Origin: the human T2T-CHM13v2.0 reference genome, Homo sapiens
Assembly (NCBI RefSeq): GCF_009914755.1
Contig: NC_060929.1
Direction: 5' to 3' (one strand)
DNA length: 64,000 bases
Shown here: in pieces, positions 20,102 to 48,322 of the stretch
Layout of the letters: the number at the start of each line of letters is the position of its first letter
Numbering within the stretch: position 1 is the stretch's first letter
Program-made: the position numbers and the translations under genes
Notes under the pieces: generated by a model
What the model saw: the letters and a program-made list of their open reading frames with translations, nothing else
Database searches by the model: none
What the model was told of the DNA's origin: nothing

Positions 20102-22853
20102 GAAATCAACTCCAAAAGGAGTCTTCAAAACCACACAAATACATGGAAATTAACTTGCTCCTGAATGATCACTGGGTCAATGAAATCAAGACTGAAATTA
20201 AATAATTCTTTGAACTGAATGACAATAGTGACAAAACCTATCAAAACCTCTGGGATACAGCAAAGGCAGTGCTAAGAGGAAAGTTCATAGCCCTAAAGGA
20301 CTACATCAGATAGTCTGAAAGAGCACAGATAGACAATCTAAGGCCTCACTTCAAGGAGCTAGAGAAACAAGAATAAAACAAACCCAAACCTAGCAGGGGA
20401 AAGGAAATAACCAAGGTCAAAGCAGAACTAAATGAAATTAAAACAAAAAACAACACAAATGATAAATGAAACAAAAACCTGGTTCATTGAAAAGATAAAT
20501 AAAATTGACAGACCATAAGCAAGATTAACCAAGAAAAGAAGAGAGAAAATCCAAATAAACTCAAAAGAAATGAAACAGGAGATATTACAACTGATACCAC
20601 AAAAATACAAAAGATCATTCAAGGCTACTATGAACACTTTTATGCACATAAACTAGAAAACCCAGAAGAGATGCATAAATTCCTGGAAAGATACAACCCT
20701 CCTACCTTAAATCAGGAAGAATTAGATACCCTGAACAGACCAATAATAAGCAGCAAGATTGAAATGGTAATTTAAAAATTATCAACAAAAAAAAGTCCAG
20801 GACCAGACGGATTCACAACAGAATTCTACCAAACATTCAAAGAAGAATTGGCACCAATCCTATTGACACTATTCCACAAGATAGACAAAGAAGGAACCCT
20901 CCTAAGTCTTTCTATGAAGCCAGTTATCACCCTAATACCAAAACCAAGAAAGGACATAACCAAAAAAGAAAACTACAGACCAATATCTCTGATGAATATA
21001 GATGCTAAAATCCTTAACAAAATACTAGCTAACAGAATCCAACAACATATCAAAAAGACAATCCACCTTGATCAAGTGGGTTTCATACCAGGGATGCAGA
21101 GGTGGTTTAATATATGCAAGTCAATAAATGTGATACACCACATATACAGAATTAAAAACAAAAATCACATAATCATCTCAACAGATGCAGGAAAAGCATT
21201 CGACAAAACCCAGCATCACTTTTTGATTAAAACTCTCAGCAAAATCGGCATACAAGGGACATACCTCAATGTAATAAAAGACATCTTTGACAAACCCACA
21301 GCCAACATAATACTGAATGGGGAAAAGTCGAAAGCATTCCCTCTGAAAAATGGAACAAGGATGCCCACTCTCACCACTCCTCTTCAACATAGTACTGGAA
21401 GACCTAGCCAGAGCAATCAGACAAGAGAAATAAATCAAGGGCATCCAAATCAGTAAAGAGGAAGTCAAACTGTCGCTGTTTGCTGATTATATAATTGTTT
21501 ACCTAGAAAACCTTAACAATTCCTCCAGAAAGCTCCTAGAACTAATAAAATAATTCAGCAAAGTTTCTGGATACCAAATTAATGTGCACAAATCAGTAGT
21601 TCTGCTATACACCAACAGCAACCAAGCTGAGAAACAAATAAAAAACTCAACCCCTTTCACAATAGCTGCAAAAAATAAAATGCTTAGGAATATACCTAAC
21701 CCAGGAGGTGAAAGACCTCTACAAGGGAAACTACAAAACAATGCTGAAGGAAATCATAGATGACATAAACAAATCGAAACACATCCCATGCTCATGGATG
21801 GATAGAATCAATATTGTAAAAATGACCATACTGCCAAAAGCAATTTAAAAATTCAGTGCAGTTCCCATCAAAATACCACAATCATTCTTCACAGAATTAG
21901 AAAAAACAATTCTAAAATTCATATGGAACCAAAAAAGAGCCCACATAGCCAAAGCAAGACTAAGCAAAATCAACAAACCTAGAGGCATCACATTACCTGA
22001 TTTCAAACTATACTATAAGGCCATAGCCACCAAAACAGTGTGGTACTGGTATAAAAAAGAATAGAGAAACCAGAAGTAAACCGAAATACTTACAGCCAAG
22101 TGATCTTTGACAAAGCAAACGAAAACATAAAGGGGGAAAGGACACCCTTTTCAACAAATGGTGCTGGGATAATTGGCTAGTCACATGTAGGAAAATGAAA
22201 ACTGGATTGTCATCTCTCACCTTATACAAAAATCAACTCAAGATGGATCAAGGACTTAAATATAAGACCTGAAACTATAAAAATTCTAGAAGATAACATT
22301 GGAAAACCCCTTCTAGAGATTGGCTTATGTAAGGATTTCATGACCAAGAACCTAAAAGCAAATACAATAAAAACAAAGATAAATAGCTGGGTCTTAATTA
22401 AACTGAAGAGCTTTTGCATGGCAAAAGGAAGAGTCAGCAGAGTAAACAGATAACCCACAGAGTGGGAGAAAAATCTTCACAATCTATACATCCGACAAAG
22501 AACTAATAGCCAGAATCTACAATGAACTCAAATCAGCAAGAAAAAAGCAAACAATCCCATCAAAAAGTGGGTTAAGGAAATGAATAGACAATTCTCAAAA
22601 GAAGATACACAAATGGCCAACAAACATATGAAAAAATGCTCAACATCACTAATGATCAGGGAAATGCAAATCAGAAGCACAATGCGATACCACCTTACTC
22701 CTGCAAGAATGGCCATAGTAAAAAAAAAGTCAAAAAACAATAGATGTTGGCGTGGATGCAGTGAACAGGGAACACTTCTACACTGCTGGTGGGAATATAA
22801 ACTAGTACAGCCACTATGGAAAACAATGTGGAGAAAAAAAGAAAGAAACAAAG

Positions 22854-24949
22854 AAAGTCATTATATAACGATAAAGGGATCACTTAAGCATAAAAACACG
22901 GACAGGCATGGTGGCTCATGCCTATAATCTCAGCACTTTAAGAGGCAGAGATGGAAGAATCACTTGAGGCCAGGAGTTCGAGACCAGCCTGGTCAACATA
23001 GCAAGACCCCATCTCGTTTTTTTAAAAATTAAAAAACAAAACAAACAAAAAAAATAAATATATGTGCATTTCATCCAATTGCTGCAGAATACACATTCTT
23101 CTCATCAGCATATGGAATGTTCTCAGTCAAACAACAATAACAAAAAACCCCGAAAACAACAACCAAAAAAACCATGAAAAAGAACGCAAAGTCTACATGA
23201 CACATGGGACATCATAAAGCAACCAAATATATGGATTTCAGTGCTCCAGAAGGTGAAGAGAAGATCAATGGCATAAGAAACCTATTTACCAAAATAATGA
23301 CTGAAAACTTTCCAAGTATAGCAAGACATTTAGACATCCAGATACAGGAAGCTCAGACACCCACAAATAGATAACAACCCCAAAAGGTCTTCTGTCACAT
23401 TATAGTCAAACTGTCAAAAGTTAAAGGCAGAGAGAAGTGCCTAGTCACATACAAGGGACGTCTCATCAGAGTAACAAAGGATTTCTCACCAGAAACTTTA
23501 CAGGCCAGGAGAGAATGGGATGATATATTCAAAGTGCTGAGAGGAAAATAAAACAAAAACCTGCCTAACAAGAATTCTATACCCAGCCAAGGAATCTTTC
23601 ATAAATAAAAGAGAAATAAAGTCTCTCCCAAACAAAAATGGAGAGGATTCATTTCAGGAATGAGTCCTCACATCTCATAATAACATCTCAATAATAACCC
23701 TACCTGTGAATGGATTAAATGTCCTACTTAAAAGATAAGACAGCAAACAACAACAGTAAAAAGACAATGAAAATCATAATATAATGACAAAGCAATTAAT
23801 TCATCAACAGAATATTGCATTTCTAAATATATATGCACCCAACACTGAAGCACCCAGATATATAAAGCAAACATTACTAGATCTAAAGGAAGAGACAGAC
23901 TCCAATACAGTCATATTTGGGTACTTTAAAACCTACTCACAGCAGGCCAGGCATGGTGGCTCACGCCTGTAATCCCAGCACTTTGGGAGGCCGAGGCGGG
24001 TGGATCACAAGATCAGGAGTTCGAGACCAGCCTGGCCAAGATGGTGAAACCCCATCTCTACTAAAAATACAAAAAGTACCTGGGCATGGTGGCAGGCACC
24101 TGTAATCCCAGCTACTTGGGAGGCTGAGGCAGGGAATCACATGAACCTGGGAGGCGGAGGTTGCAGTGAGCCGATATCATGCCACCGTACTCCAGCCTGG
24201 GTGACAGAGCAAAACTCCGTCTCAAAAAAAAAAAAAAAAAAAAAAAAACCACACACATACACCTACTCACAGCATTAGATAGCTCATCTAGCCAGAAAAT
24301 CAACATAGAAACATTGGAATTAAATTTCACTTTAGACCAAATGGACCTAACAGACATTTACAGACCACTCCATCTAACAGCTACAGAGTATATATTCTTC
24401 TCATCAGCACACAGAATATTATCATTAGCACACAGGATATTTTCCAGGATAGGCCATATGTTAGGCCACAAAATAAGTCTCAATAAATTCAAATAAATCA
24501 AAATAATATCAAGTAACTTTTCTGAACACAATGGAATAAAACAGACATTAATAACAAGAGAAACTTTGGAAATGGTACAAATAAATGGAAATTAAACAAC
24601 ATGCTCCTGAAAAAAAAACAAGTCAATGCAGAAATTAAGAAGGAAATTAAGAAATTTATTGCAACACACAGAAATGAAAACACAATGTACCACAACCTAT
24701 GGAACACAGCAAAAGCAGTGCTAACAGGGAAATATATAGCAGTAAATGCCTACATCAAAAAAAAAAAAAAAAAAAAAGAGAAAGACTTCAAATAAACAAC
24801 CTAACAATGAACCTTAAGGAACTAAAAAATGCAAGAACAAAACAAACACAAAATAAGTAGAAGGAAAGACATTATAAAGATCAAAGCAGAATTAAACAAA
24901 ATAGACTTAAAAAAATACAAAGGATCAACAAAATGAAGTTGCTTTTTTT

Positions 24950-24950
<1 letters not shown>
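22854..24950 (+). mobile_element. L1M fragments (ORF1 and ORF2 EN) with an Alu monomer (~22900-23015) and AluS (23945-24248)
   Basis: [44 protein letters not shown]. Confidence 0.8.
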
Positions 24951-30145
<5,195 letters not shown>

Positions 30146-30148
30146 CCA

Positions 30149-32340
<2,192 letters not shown>

Positions 32341-32399
32341 AACAGAAAACAATTTAAAATATTTTAAATGACAAAACAATTAAATGACAATTAACAATA

Positions 32400-32650
32400 A
32401 TGTTAGCCTATAAAGCTATTTTCTAAAACAATTTGGTAAGGAGAGTAGCATTGTTTTATAGTTCTACAAATCTCTTTAATGTTTAGCTTGATAGAAGGCA
32501 GCTGAATTACCATACCTGCTTCTGCATTCAACTTGCTGCAATACATGTTGTAAAACCTGGCTTCACACAGGTAGATATTTGGAAAAAGAGGGGTATTTAA
32601 TAGCTTTTTCAGATGATAGTGTGCTTTTATATTATACCAAACATTGATGA
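32400..32650. mobile_element. hAT-Charlie DNA transposon fragment in the CPLANE1 3'UTR
   Basis: ttaatgtttagcttgatagaaggcagctg...ctgcttctgcattcaac resembles the recalled Charlie1 consensus. Confidence 0.5.
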
Positions 32651-33128
32651 AGTAGTTGAAGGATACTGGTTCTTAGTCAATTCTCATAAAAATTATCTCT
32701 TAAAACTATGACATTATTGGAGCACAATACCAAAAACTAATCAGGTCTCTGTACCATGGTTCTTACAAATTTAAGATGAGCCTTCTAGAGGCCGGAGTCA
32801 TATTCCCTTACTTTCCTGCCCAAAGCATCCATTCCTGTTTCTTCCTCCAAGGCTTCAGGCTACAGGGCAGAAGACAGAAGATCTCCTGGCCTCCATGAAA
32901 CTTTGCTTATTTAGAGATTCAGGGTTGGTAAAAGGTAGTTGGTTTTTCTTTTCACTCCTAGGCTAAACCCTGCATAGGTGTTTTAAAATAGGGTTCATAA
33001 TTGAGTTCTCAGGTGAGACTGATTTTCTTCTCAATGAAAAGATTTTTTTTTTTCCTATTAGATTCATCTGTATATGGTTGTTTCTCAAAACTCAGAGGGT
33101 AATAAAGGAGGAGGCAAGATAGAGGGTT

Positions 33129-33134
33129 TTTATT
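33129..33134 (-). terminator. Candidate proximal poly(A) signal AATAAA of CPLANE1
   Basis: tttatt on + strand, ~300 nt past the stop codon, in unique sequence. Confidence 0.4.
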
Positions 33135-33434
33135 GAAAGTAGGTTATGCAAACTTGGCTTGAAAGGTACTTATCATTTTAAAAATTATGCCTAATGATGC
33201 ATCAAATACAAAAACATATAATACATCAATAGTCAACCCTTTCCCCATAAAGGCAAAGTTACTGAGAAATGTTTATTTTTCCTCTGGTAATGGCTAATCC
33301 AGGTAATAATATGAAAGCAAATGGAAAATTCACATTGCTTCTTTCATTGCTTCTGTCCCTTAAACCTGTTAATCTTTCAGAACCACATTACTGAGGTGCT
33401 GGCCTGTGCATGGAAACCCAATGATATCCAGGTC

Positions 33435-33611
33435 TTACAGGTCCAGGGCCCAGTGGACAGACAGGCCCTGGTCCTCCACGCTGGCCACCATGTCTTCGAT
33501 GGCATTCCAGTCCAGCTTGCTGAGGATGCTGCCAGTGCTCTCAGACACGCTGTCCACACCGCCCACCCCAAAAGGATGCTCTGGCTCTTCCTCTTCAGTT
33601 GGAGACAAGTC
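33435..33611 (-). CDS. CPLANE1: CPLANE1 last coding exon ([58 protein letters not shown])
   Basis: Acceptor ttcaatttaatag|GAC at 33613/33611; 177 nt = 59 codons ending in TAA (33437-33435). The peptide matches the CPLANE1/C5orf42 C-terminus as I recall it. Not called by the ORF track in this frame. Confidence 0.93.
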
Positions 33612-34125
33612 CTATTAAATTGAAAAGACAATTGTGGTCCTAGCCCCTAAAAACAAACAAAAAAACAAAAACAAAAAAACCTGGAACGTGAACTAAGCTT
33701 TCCAAAAATTCTAGAGTTGCTCATCCATCAAAAGGCTGAAGGAAATGTGCCAGGAAATAGGGCTGTGATTGCCCAGCACATCCAGATGGACAAGAGCTGA
33801 ACATCATCTCACACAACGAGATGCTGGCACCAGATGTGAAGACAGGGCAGAACGGATGTTGATACTTGTAGTACGATTTTATGTTCTTACATTTTGGTCA
33901 TTTTTTAGTTAAAAAATACAGTCACAGAGAAGTCTGAAAGACAAATGCTGAAGTACTAAGCCAAAAGGGAAGATGCTTTGCATCACGATTTCAAACTGAC
34001 CTAACAACTTTTCAGTATTTCCACATCCCACAAAAAACAAACTAAAAAACAAACAAACAAACAAACAAAAAACCTGAAGAACATAGAGCAATCACTAGAC
34101 AAACAAAATCTAGAACAATGCTTAC

Positions 34126-34304
34126 TTGTAGAAGGGAATTGTGACTCTCATGAAGAATCTTATGGATTTCTGAAGGTATCGTCCAGGGACTCACCACAGT
34201 CTCCTCTCTTTCATACTCTACACACACCTGCTTGGTTTGAGGTGCAAGCCCAGCACTTCCATGTTTTTTTGTATGCTGCAGACTATGACACGGAGCATTA
34301 GAGC
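34126..34304 (-). CDS. CPLANE1: CPLANE1 penultimate exon, 179 nt ([19 protein letters not shown]...HESHNSLLQ)
   Basis: cccttaaaag|GC acceptor and CAA|gtaagc donor; phase 1 to 0, in frame with neighbours; overlaps ORF 34042..34347. Confidence 0.92.
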
Positions 34305-34342
34305 CTTTTAAGGGATAAGAACAAAGCACACATTGGGATTGA

Positions 34343-34363
34343 TTCATTCATTCATTCATTCAT
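34343..34363. repeat. (TTCA)n short tandem repeat
   Basis: Direct reading; lies just upstream of the acceptor of the penultimate CPLANE1 exon. Confidence 0.85.
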
Positions 34364-35249
34364 TTGTTAATTGTGACTTTTATCATCAAAGCCAAGGTAG
34401 TCACATTTTAAATAATATTTGAATCACAAGGTCTGGAAATGGTTCACTTTAGAGTTCGAACAATTCCTGTCCTGTCACTGTACGAGATGGAAACTGAATT
34501 CCAGCCTTTGGATTTGAAAACTATTAGTAATTAATCTTTAAGACAAGAAAATCTAGGGAGGAGAGGCCACAGATATAACAGAACGGTGGAGAGGTATTGA
34601 CACCAAAGTTGGGTGAACTCTGAGACCTGGGCCTTCCCTGTCTTTTACAGAAAGTCTTGTGAAAACTTCTTAGAAGCAATGTTTTGGGCATCTTCACCCA
34701 GGCTTAATGCTTACAATCTGCCTTTAGGCAAAGGCATCACAGTGAGTGTGGTGACAATACATTATGACCCTCTTTCTTCTTACTGCATATATCAGTATTT
34801 GTTGAAAAGAAATTTTCATTCCAGCTAATGCCCAGAGGCAGCTTAGTAAACCCACAAACCAATAAGGTTTCTCTGCACAAAGCCCTAGAGGAGCCTACCT
34901 CACCTAACACAATGTTCCAAAGCCAATATCACAGCATGTTCTACCCTTCGAGGTGATTTCATGAAGAAACACCCAAGACATGGGACAAGATGGGAAGTAA
35001 ATATAGATCCCAAACAAGCAGTCATGTGGCTCCCTGAAGAGGGGAGAAGAGGTATGACAATGCTGAAGTTTGGGCCCTCTTTGTCTTTTGTAACTCTACC
35101 AACCTTATGTACTTGAAGCTGAAGATATCTCCAAGAAATAAAGCCCCCAAAATAATCACAGCACACACTTTGGCATTTAGTATAGGCTAATAAGCACTTT
35201 TACATTCAGTCCCTTGAACTTACCAGACATTCATGCCTGGTCTTTAGAT

Positions 35250-37258
<2,009 letters not shown>

Positions 37259-38973
37259 TAACTTTCTATAGGGTGAAGGAAGAATAATACTTAGAGGGCC
37301 CTTTAAGATCATCTTCATATCTATAAGTAAAATATGAATAGATCTATTAATTTGGATCCCCAAAGTGGCAGCTTTCCAAAAGCTTCTTCCTGGATTAGTG
37401 CCAAAGGGAAGGGTGCAGTGGTACAGACAGCTTAGGGATTTTTCTTTTGACTAGCCCCAAGAGTCTGAAAAAGAAACAAAGCTAACATCATTTGGTAGCA
37501 CCTGCCACTGTAATATCCAATGTGAGAGCTATGCTCTAGTTGAAAAGGTTTGACATTTTTTCTGCTACTTAAAGACATCACAGAGTATTTTGAAATGCCA
37601 CTGAAAGTTCCATGTTAAAATAATTATTTCAGTAAATATTAATAAGGAACAAATTTTGAAAAACCATATAAAGGAAAAAATCTACGAGCAGATGACAGGA
37701 ATGCATATGTGAACAAACACTGTGTTAAAAAAAAAACAGCCGTTAAAACAGAAAAAGTGAGACTGAAAGAGAAACCAATGAGTGGTTAAGCAACATAACC
37801 ACAAGAGTAGGCTTCCACTTCAAAGTAGATGGGAACAAGTGGAGGTGGGGTGCTGAAGTTATTCCTTCAAGTATTCACGATATGACTAGAGATCAACAAA
37901 GGCTACAAACATCAACTAATCCCAAACTCATCTTGGCTACAATTAATTTGGCATCTAGACATCGACATTCTTGTTTTGTCCAAATGAACATAATTATTGT
38001 CATCTAGAAAGAATGACAAATCAAACCACCACCTACTCTGCTAAAATTACAGTTAAGAGTCTTGCATTTTAGGATAAATCTTCACCTATGGGGTATTACA
38101 AACCTTGAGAGGCTATCACTGGGTTTCTCTCACCTTACTTTACCTAGAGATGGCTTTGTAATTTCCTTCCTTTCAGATCATAATGCATTTTTCCAGGGTT
38201 TATCTGGGATATCCAATTTGAGATAAAAATATAATGAGAAAAGTTCTGTGAAACTGAGCATGCATAAGACTTTTCAAGGTAAAGTGTACCTGCCCCACTG
38301 GACAGTGAAAGCTTTCTGAAGTGAAAGGTAAGTTATAGATCAAGAAGACACCCCACAGCAGAAACCAGGCTGCCAAGTACACTGGCTTCCCTCAGAAAGG
38401 AAGTACTCTTTCTCTAGGACGGTGGGCACTGACACTCAGTTTCTTTATAACATAACACCAAACAGTGTCTACAGAGTCTAGCCTGAGAAATCTGAAACTG
38501 GATGATAAAACTAAACCTATTACCTCCATCATTCCCAAAGAAAATCCTGCTTCTTTTCCTGCTCTACTTGTGTCAATTTGTGAGTCACAGTCTAGCTAAG
38601 CACTTAAGCTAGAAACTTGGAGTCATACACATTTCTAACTTTCAGAGGCAGGGTTACCATTGAACAATGAAACAAATACCTACAGCTTTCTATGGGCAAG
38701 GCCTCATGTTAGATTATAATGACTTCAAGAACACAAAACCCTGGATCTCCGGGACTTTCAAAAACAAAACAATATAACGGTACATGTAATTTCAACTGTT
38801 TTTAGAGGTAACATTGTATTTGGGGAGCATTTTATCTGTTGAACTAGACATTGCTAGATATTTGCTTTGAAAAGAATAAAAAGCTATTGAGTACTCTAGA
38901 CTAGAAAACAATTCATAATGGGTAAAAAGGAAAGTCTTTGAAAGAGAGAAAAGCTGGCATGGGATTTAGAAGC

Positions 38974-39331
38974 TGGTACGGTTTGGCTGTGTCCCCAACC
39001 AAATCTCATCTTGAATTGTAGCTCCCATAATTCCCACGTGCTGTGGGAGGGACCAGGTGGGAGGTAATTGAATCATGGGGGCAGTTACCTTCATGCTGCT
39101 GGTCTTGTGATAGTGAGTTCTCATGAGATCTGATAGTTTTATAAAGGGGAGTTCCCCTGAATACACTCTTTTGCCTGCCACCATGTAAGACTTGCCTTTG
39201 CTTCTCCTTTGCCTTTTACCATGATTGTGAGGCCTCCACAGCCATGTGAAACTGTGAGTCCATTAAACTTCTTTCCTTTTAAATTACCCAGTTTCAGGTA
39301 TGTGTTAGCAGCATGAGAACAGACTAATACA
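38974..39331 (+). mobile_element. THE1 (MaLR) solo LTR
   Basis: TGGTACGGTTTGGCTGTGTCCCC...AGACTAATACA; TSD GAAGC/CAAGC. Confidence 0.88.
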
Positions 39332-39637
39332 CAAGCACAGGAAATGATGCTTCGAGGATTCAAAGTGATCCAAACGACCAGAAGCTTGGGTTTTAACGCA
39401 TACATGGGGGAAAGAGTAGAAAAAGTACCCAATAGATCTTCTAGAAAATACCGCCATAGACATTAAAAAGTTGATAAATGAGTTAAACAATGGATTAGAC
39501 ATAGGTAAAAAGAGATGGGGTAAACTGAATGACGGATCTACAAAGTAATGAGTTAGCAGTAGAGAAAGAGGCATAATACCAAGCCTAGGCTAATTACTTC
39601 ATATTTCTCATCATTTTTCACAGTACATATAAACTAG

Positions 39638-42465
<2,828 letters not shown>

Positions 42466-43946
42466 TTTCCTAACAGTATGGAAGCAGGGCTGAAGAAATT
42501 AGCCAAAAACTACATACTGCTTTACAAGATAGAAAGCAACATAGAGTCAAACTCCCAAGCATATTCAGAAAAACTCTTCATTTACGAATGAACTACAGTG
42601 AATTTGAAAATCTTGATGGAGCCTCACCTCCCCACATGTGCAATGACTGAACTTGACCTATGTGAGTTCAGGTTATCTGTATCACTGACTAGGAAAAGGT
42701 CTGGAATCAGTCTTGCCTGGATTTCCCTCCATTCTCCCAAACACTGGGGGACCTGAAACTTCTGAATGTAGCCAGGTGAAATGGTTGGGTCTGGGTGTGA
42801 CAGAGGCCACAAGAACAAGGGGAGCCACAGCCTGTTCTACTGAGGCAGAGAAGTTAGAATATCCACAAGCACTCAAGCTGCCTCTTTTATCTTTGCCTTA
42901 AAAGACAGGACAATAGCCAGGCATATGGTATTATTCTCTGACATGGTATAAATACTATAATACCCGCCTATTAATATCCTTGAACAATAATTTGTTTATA
43001 AATAGCTATGCTTAGGCAAAAAGCTCAATAACCATTTTTTCCATTTATCCATTTGTTCAATGTTCGAGTATTTCATCTGTTCAACATGAGGGGTAATAGG
43101 AAGATGAGCAAGGGAATACTGCTGCAAAGCATTTAATCTAGTATGGGGCATGAAGTTTACAGGTAACAACAACAGGACACCTGTTGTAGTGCTTCAAGAG
43201 GGACATAAACATGTGGTTAAGGGTTCAAAGGACAGAAAAATAACTGCTTTAGCCACCATTATCTCTAATTTTCATAGCAACCATGCAGATTAAATATTAG
43301 CCTCAATTTAGAAATGAGAATGTAGAATATTAAATTGATTATATCAGCGTGGATGAACTAAAGAATTACAATTAGGAATGTCTTCAGACACACAGAAGTG
43401 AGACATTCAAGGTATAAAGGAGCACAAATCATGGCATGTGGTTGGAAAACAAGCTGCTGAGCAGCACAGGTTCTATGGGGAAAGGAGGTCAAGGAAGCAG
43501 GAAAACACACAGATGATGCCTTGAAGGCCAAGCAGAGGGTCTAGACGTTTCTGTGTGGGTATAAGTGTTGCTGAGGGCTTCTGAGCCCAGGAGTAGCAGG
43601 AGCACCTCCTCAAGCATAATCCAGCAAGGGCAGGTGAGATTAACGGAAAGACGGGCTAAGGCCATAGCAACCGTCAAAGCACAAGGTAAAAATAAAGACT
43701 TGAAATTGAACACATATAACAGGAGGACATATTTCCATATAATTCAAGACTTTTTCATCAGATGTTAAGAAACCATGGCTCAGGTTTTTAAAACCTTGAC
43801 AATTTTAGATATGTATTTAATTCTGGCAAATATATCAGGTACAAAATAAGTTTTTTTATATAAGCATGTTTCACTATTTTGAAATTTCAGTTTTAAAAGA
43901 GCAGTATTTTCTTACTGTAATTTGTCAATCAAAAAAGCCAAGAGCT

Positions 43947-46425
<2,479 letters not shown>

Positions 46426-47450
46426 ACAGACCAAAATATAGCTCAGATTATATTCACTTGATACTGCCTAGTCTGTACCTCAGTGATGCACTTAACATAT
46501 AACTCTCAACAAATTATTCTTTGTATCTCATACCTCAAACCTCATTTTTTTTCACAAAACTTTTTTGTGGTTATCTCACTCTCCATTTCAAATTCTCCAT
46601 ATATTGGGCAGTTATATATGTATTTAATCCCTGCTTTATTCTAGAAAAGTCTCAACGGGAATCTTTGGTATTTGAAGTAAACTCTACACTACACACACAG
46701 ATGATCTGATTACATCTGGGTTTGTGTTGGTAGTATCTCCTCTAGGCTCTTAAATTATGTGATTATGTTTACAATTCTAATAATTTATTTTGTCAAATGT
46801 GTTGATGCTTAACAACACTGTACTCCAATTCATGTTCACCCTATGATCACCAACAGATATTAATAGAACTTTGCATGTTTGTTGACCATATATAAGAAAT
46901 TTTATACTTGGGTAGTTTTCTTCAGCATTCTATGTTTAGTTAATTCCTGCCTAATTAACTCATATATAACCCCTCTGCAGGTGATTAAAGTAAAATACAT
47001 AATAGTAGCTACAGCTGAATGAGCATAACTGGGCAGGTCTGGGGCGGGTAGCAGAAAGGGAAGTGGTAAGCAGCTGGGGACTGGCTGTTTCTGAAAGAGA
47101 GAAGATGACACATGGGAAAATAGGATGAGCAGTTAGAAGGCAAATTATGGAGGCAAATATTAACAACAACTAAATAAAACAGGACTGCACAGATACCAAA
47201 TTTCATACTTCTGGAATACCTAAATGCTCTGTAAGCTTAGTGAGAAATATAACACAATTTTTGCCTTTTTCCTTGGTGATTCTATCAATGTATAAAGACC
47301 TCATGATTATGAGGCTACTTTTTTCCTTTATCATCATAACTCTAAGCAGGGTAAATGCAAATGCACTGAACTTAGGTCACGAAAGTGCTACATTTCTTCT
47401 TATCAGGCCTGACGTTATCTTGCCAAATGGCATGTGAAACCTTGTCTTAC

Positions 47451-47618
47451 CCTCTTGGAGAAGGGCAGTGTTGACAACTGGAAGACTGAGTAGGGCTGGG
47501 TTTGTTAGGCAATGGTTTCTGTGGTAGAGTTGGTAGCTGTACTGACTCAGATAACAGTTCATTCATCAGACCGTACGCTTGTGAGATTCGACGACTATAG
47601 TGTTCAGAGAGCAGCAAT
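47451..47618 (-). CDS. CPLANE1: CPLANE1 exon, 168 nt ([56 protein letters not shown])
   Basis: ttgtctacag|A acceptor and AGG|gtaaga donor; phase 2 to 2; open. Confidence 0.92.
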
Positions 47619-47650
47619 CTGTAGACAAAGAATTAAGCATCATTTATTAA

Positions 47651-47888
<238 letters not shown>

Positions 47889-48263
47889 TAGCATTTTCTT
47901 TCTTCAGCACTTCTAACATCCTTCTATTCATCAGATTTCTGAAAATGATTAGGCAGTATTATTAAAGGTACTTGTAGTTATGGTCTCTGGAGTATTTCCC
48001 AAATGCATGTAAATATCTGGGTTGGGAAAGGGAGAACAGCAGAAATAAAAGTCATAAAAACTGAATGAAACACATAATATTTGAAAGCAAATTTGAAAAA
48101 AGGCTAGTGAGTCTCATCATTTTCCTTGCAGTGATAACTCCCATAATTCTCTGTTTATTGACAAAAAAGAGACTATTGTGAAAACAGAATTCCTAAGGCA
48201 TTAATCTATGCCTCAGCTAAGGAAGTTAGAGAGAAAACACAGGGTTACAGCTACCAAACTCAC

Positions 48264-48322
48264 CTGTCTTTTTCATGCTTCATCTTTTGTCTCAGCCTTA
48301 TTTCCCTTGAAGTCATGTAAAG
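48264..48322 (-). CDS. CPLANE1: CPLANE1 exon, 59 nt (LYMTSREIRLRQKMKHEKDR)
   Basis: tttttatgcag|CTT acceptor and CAG|gtgagt donor; phase 0 to 2; open. Confidence 0.92.

Noticed and set aside
20848-21456. 202-aa reverse-transcriptase ORF as a novel RT system
   Set aside because: An ordinary fragment of L1 ORF2 in a disrupted element.
33321-33631. ORFs 33321..33623 (+), 33406..33618 (+) and 33377..33631 (-)
   Set aside because: Shadow frames of the real CPLANE1 last exon, whose frame is fixed by splice phase.
34900-35166. 88-aa minus-strand ORF ending near a GTGAGG donor-like site
   Set aside because: No convincing acceptor or recognisable protein; the adjacent exons already join in frame without it.
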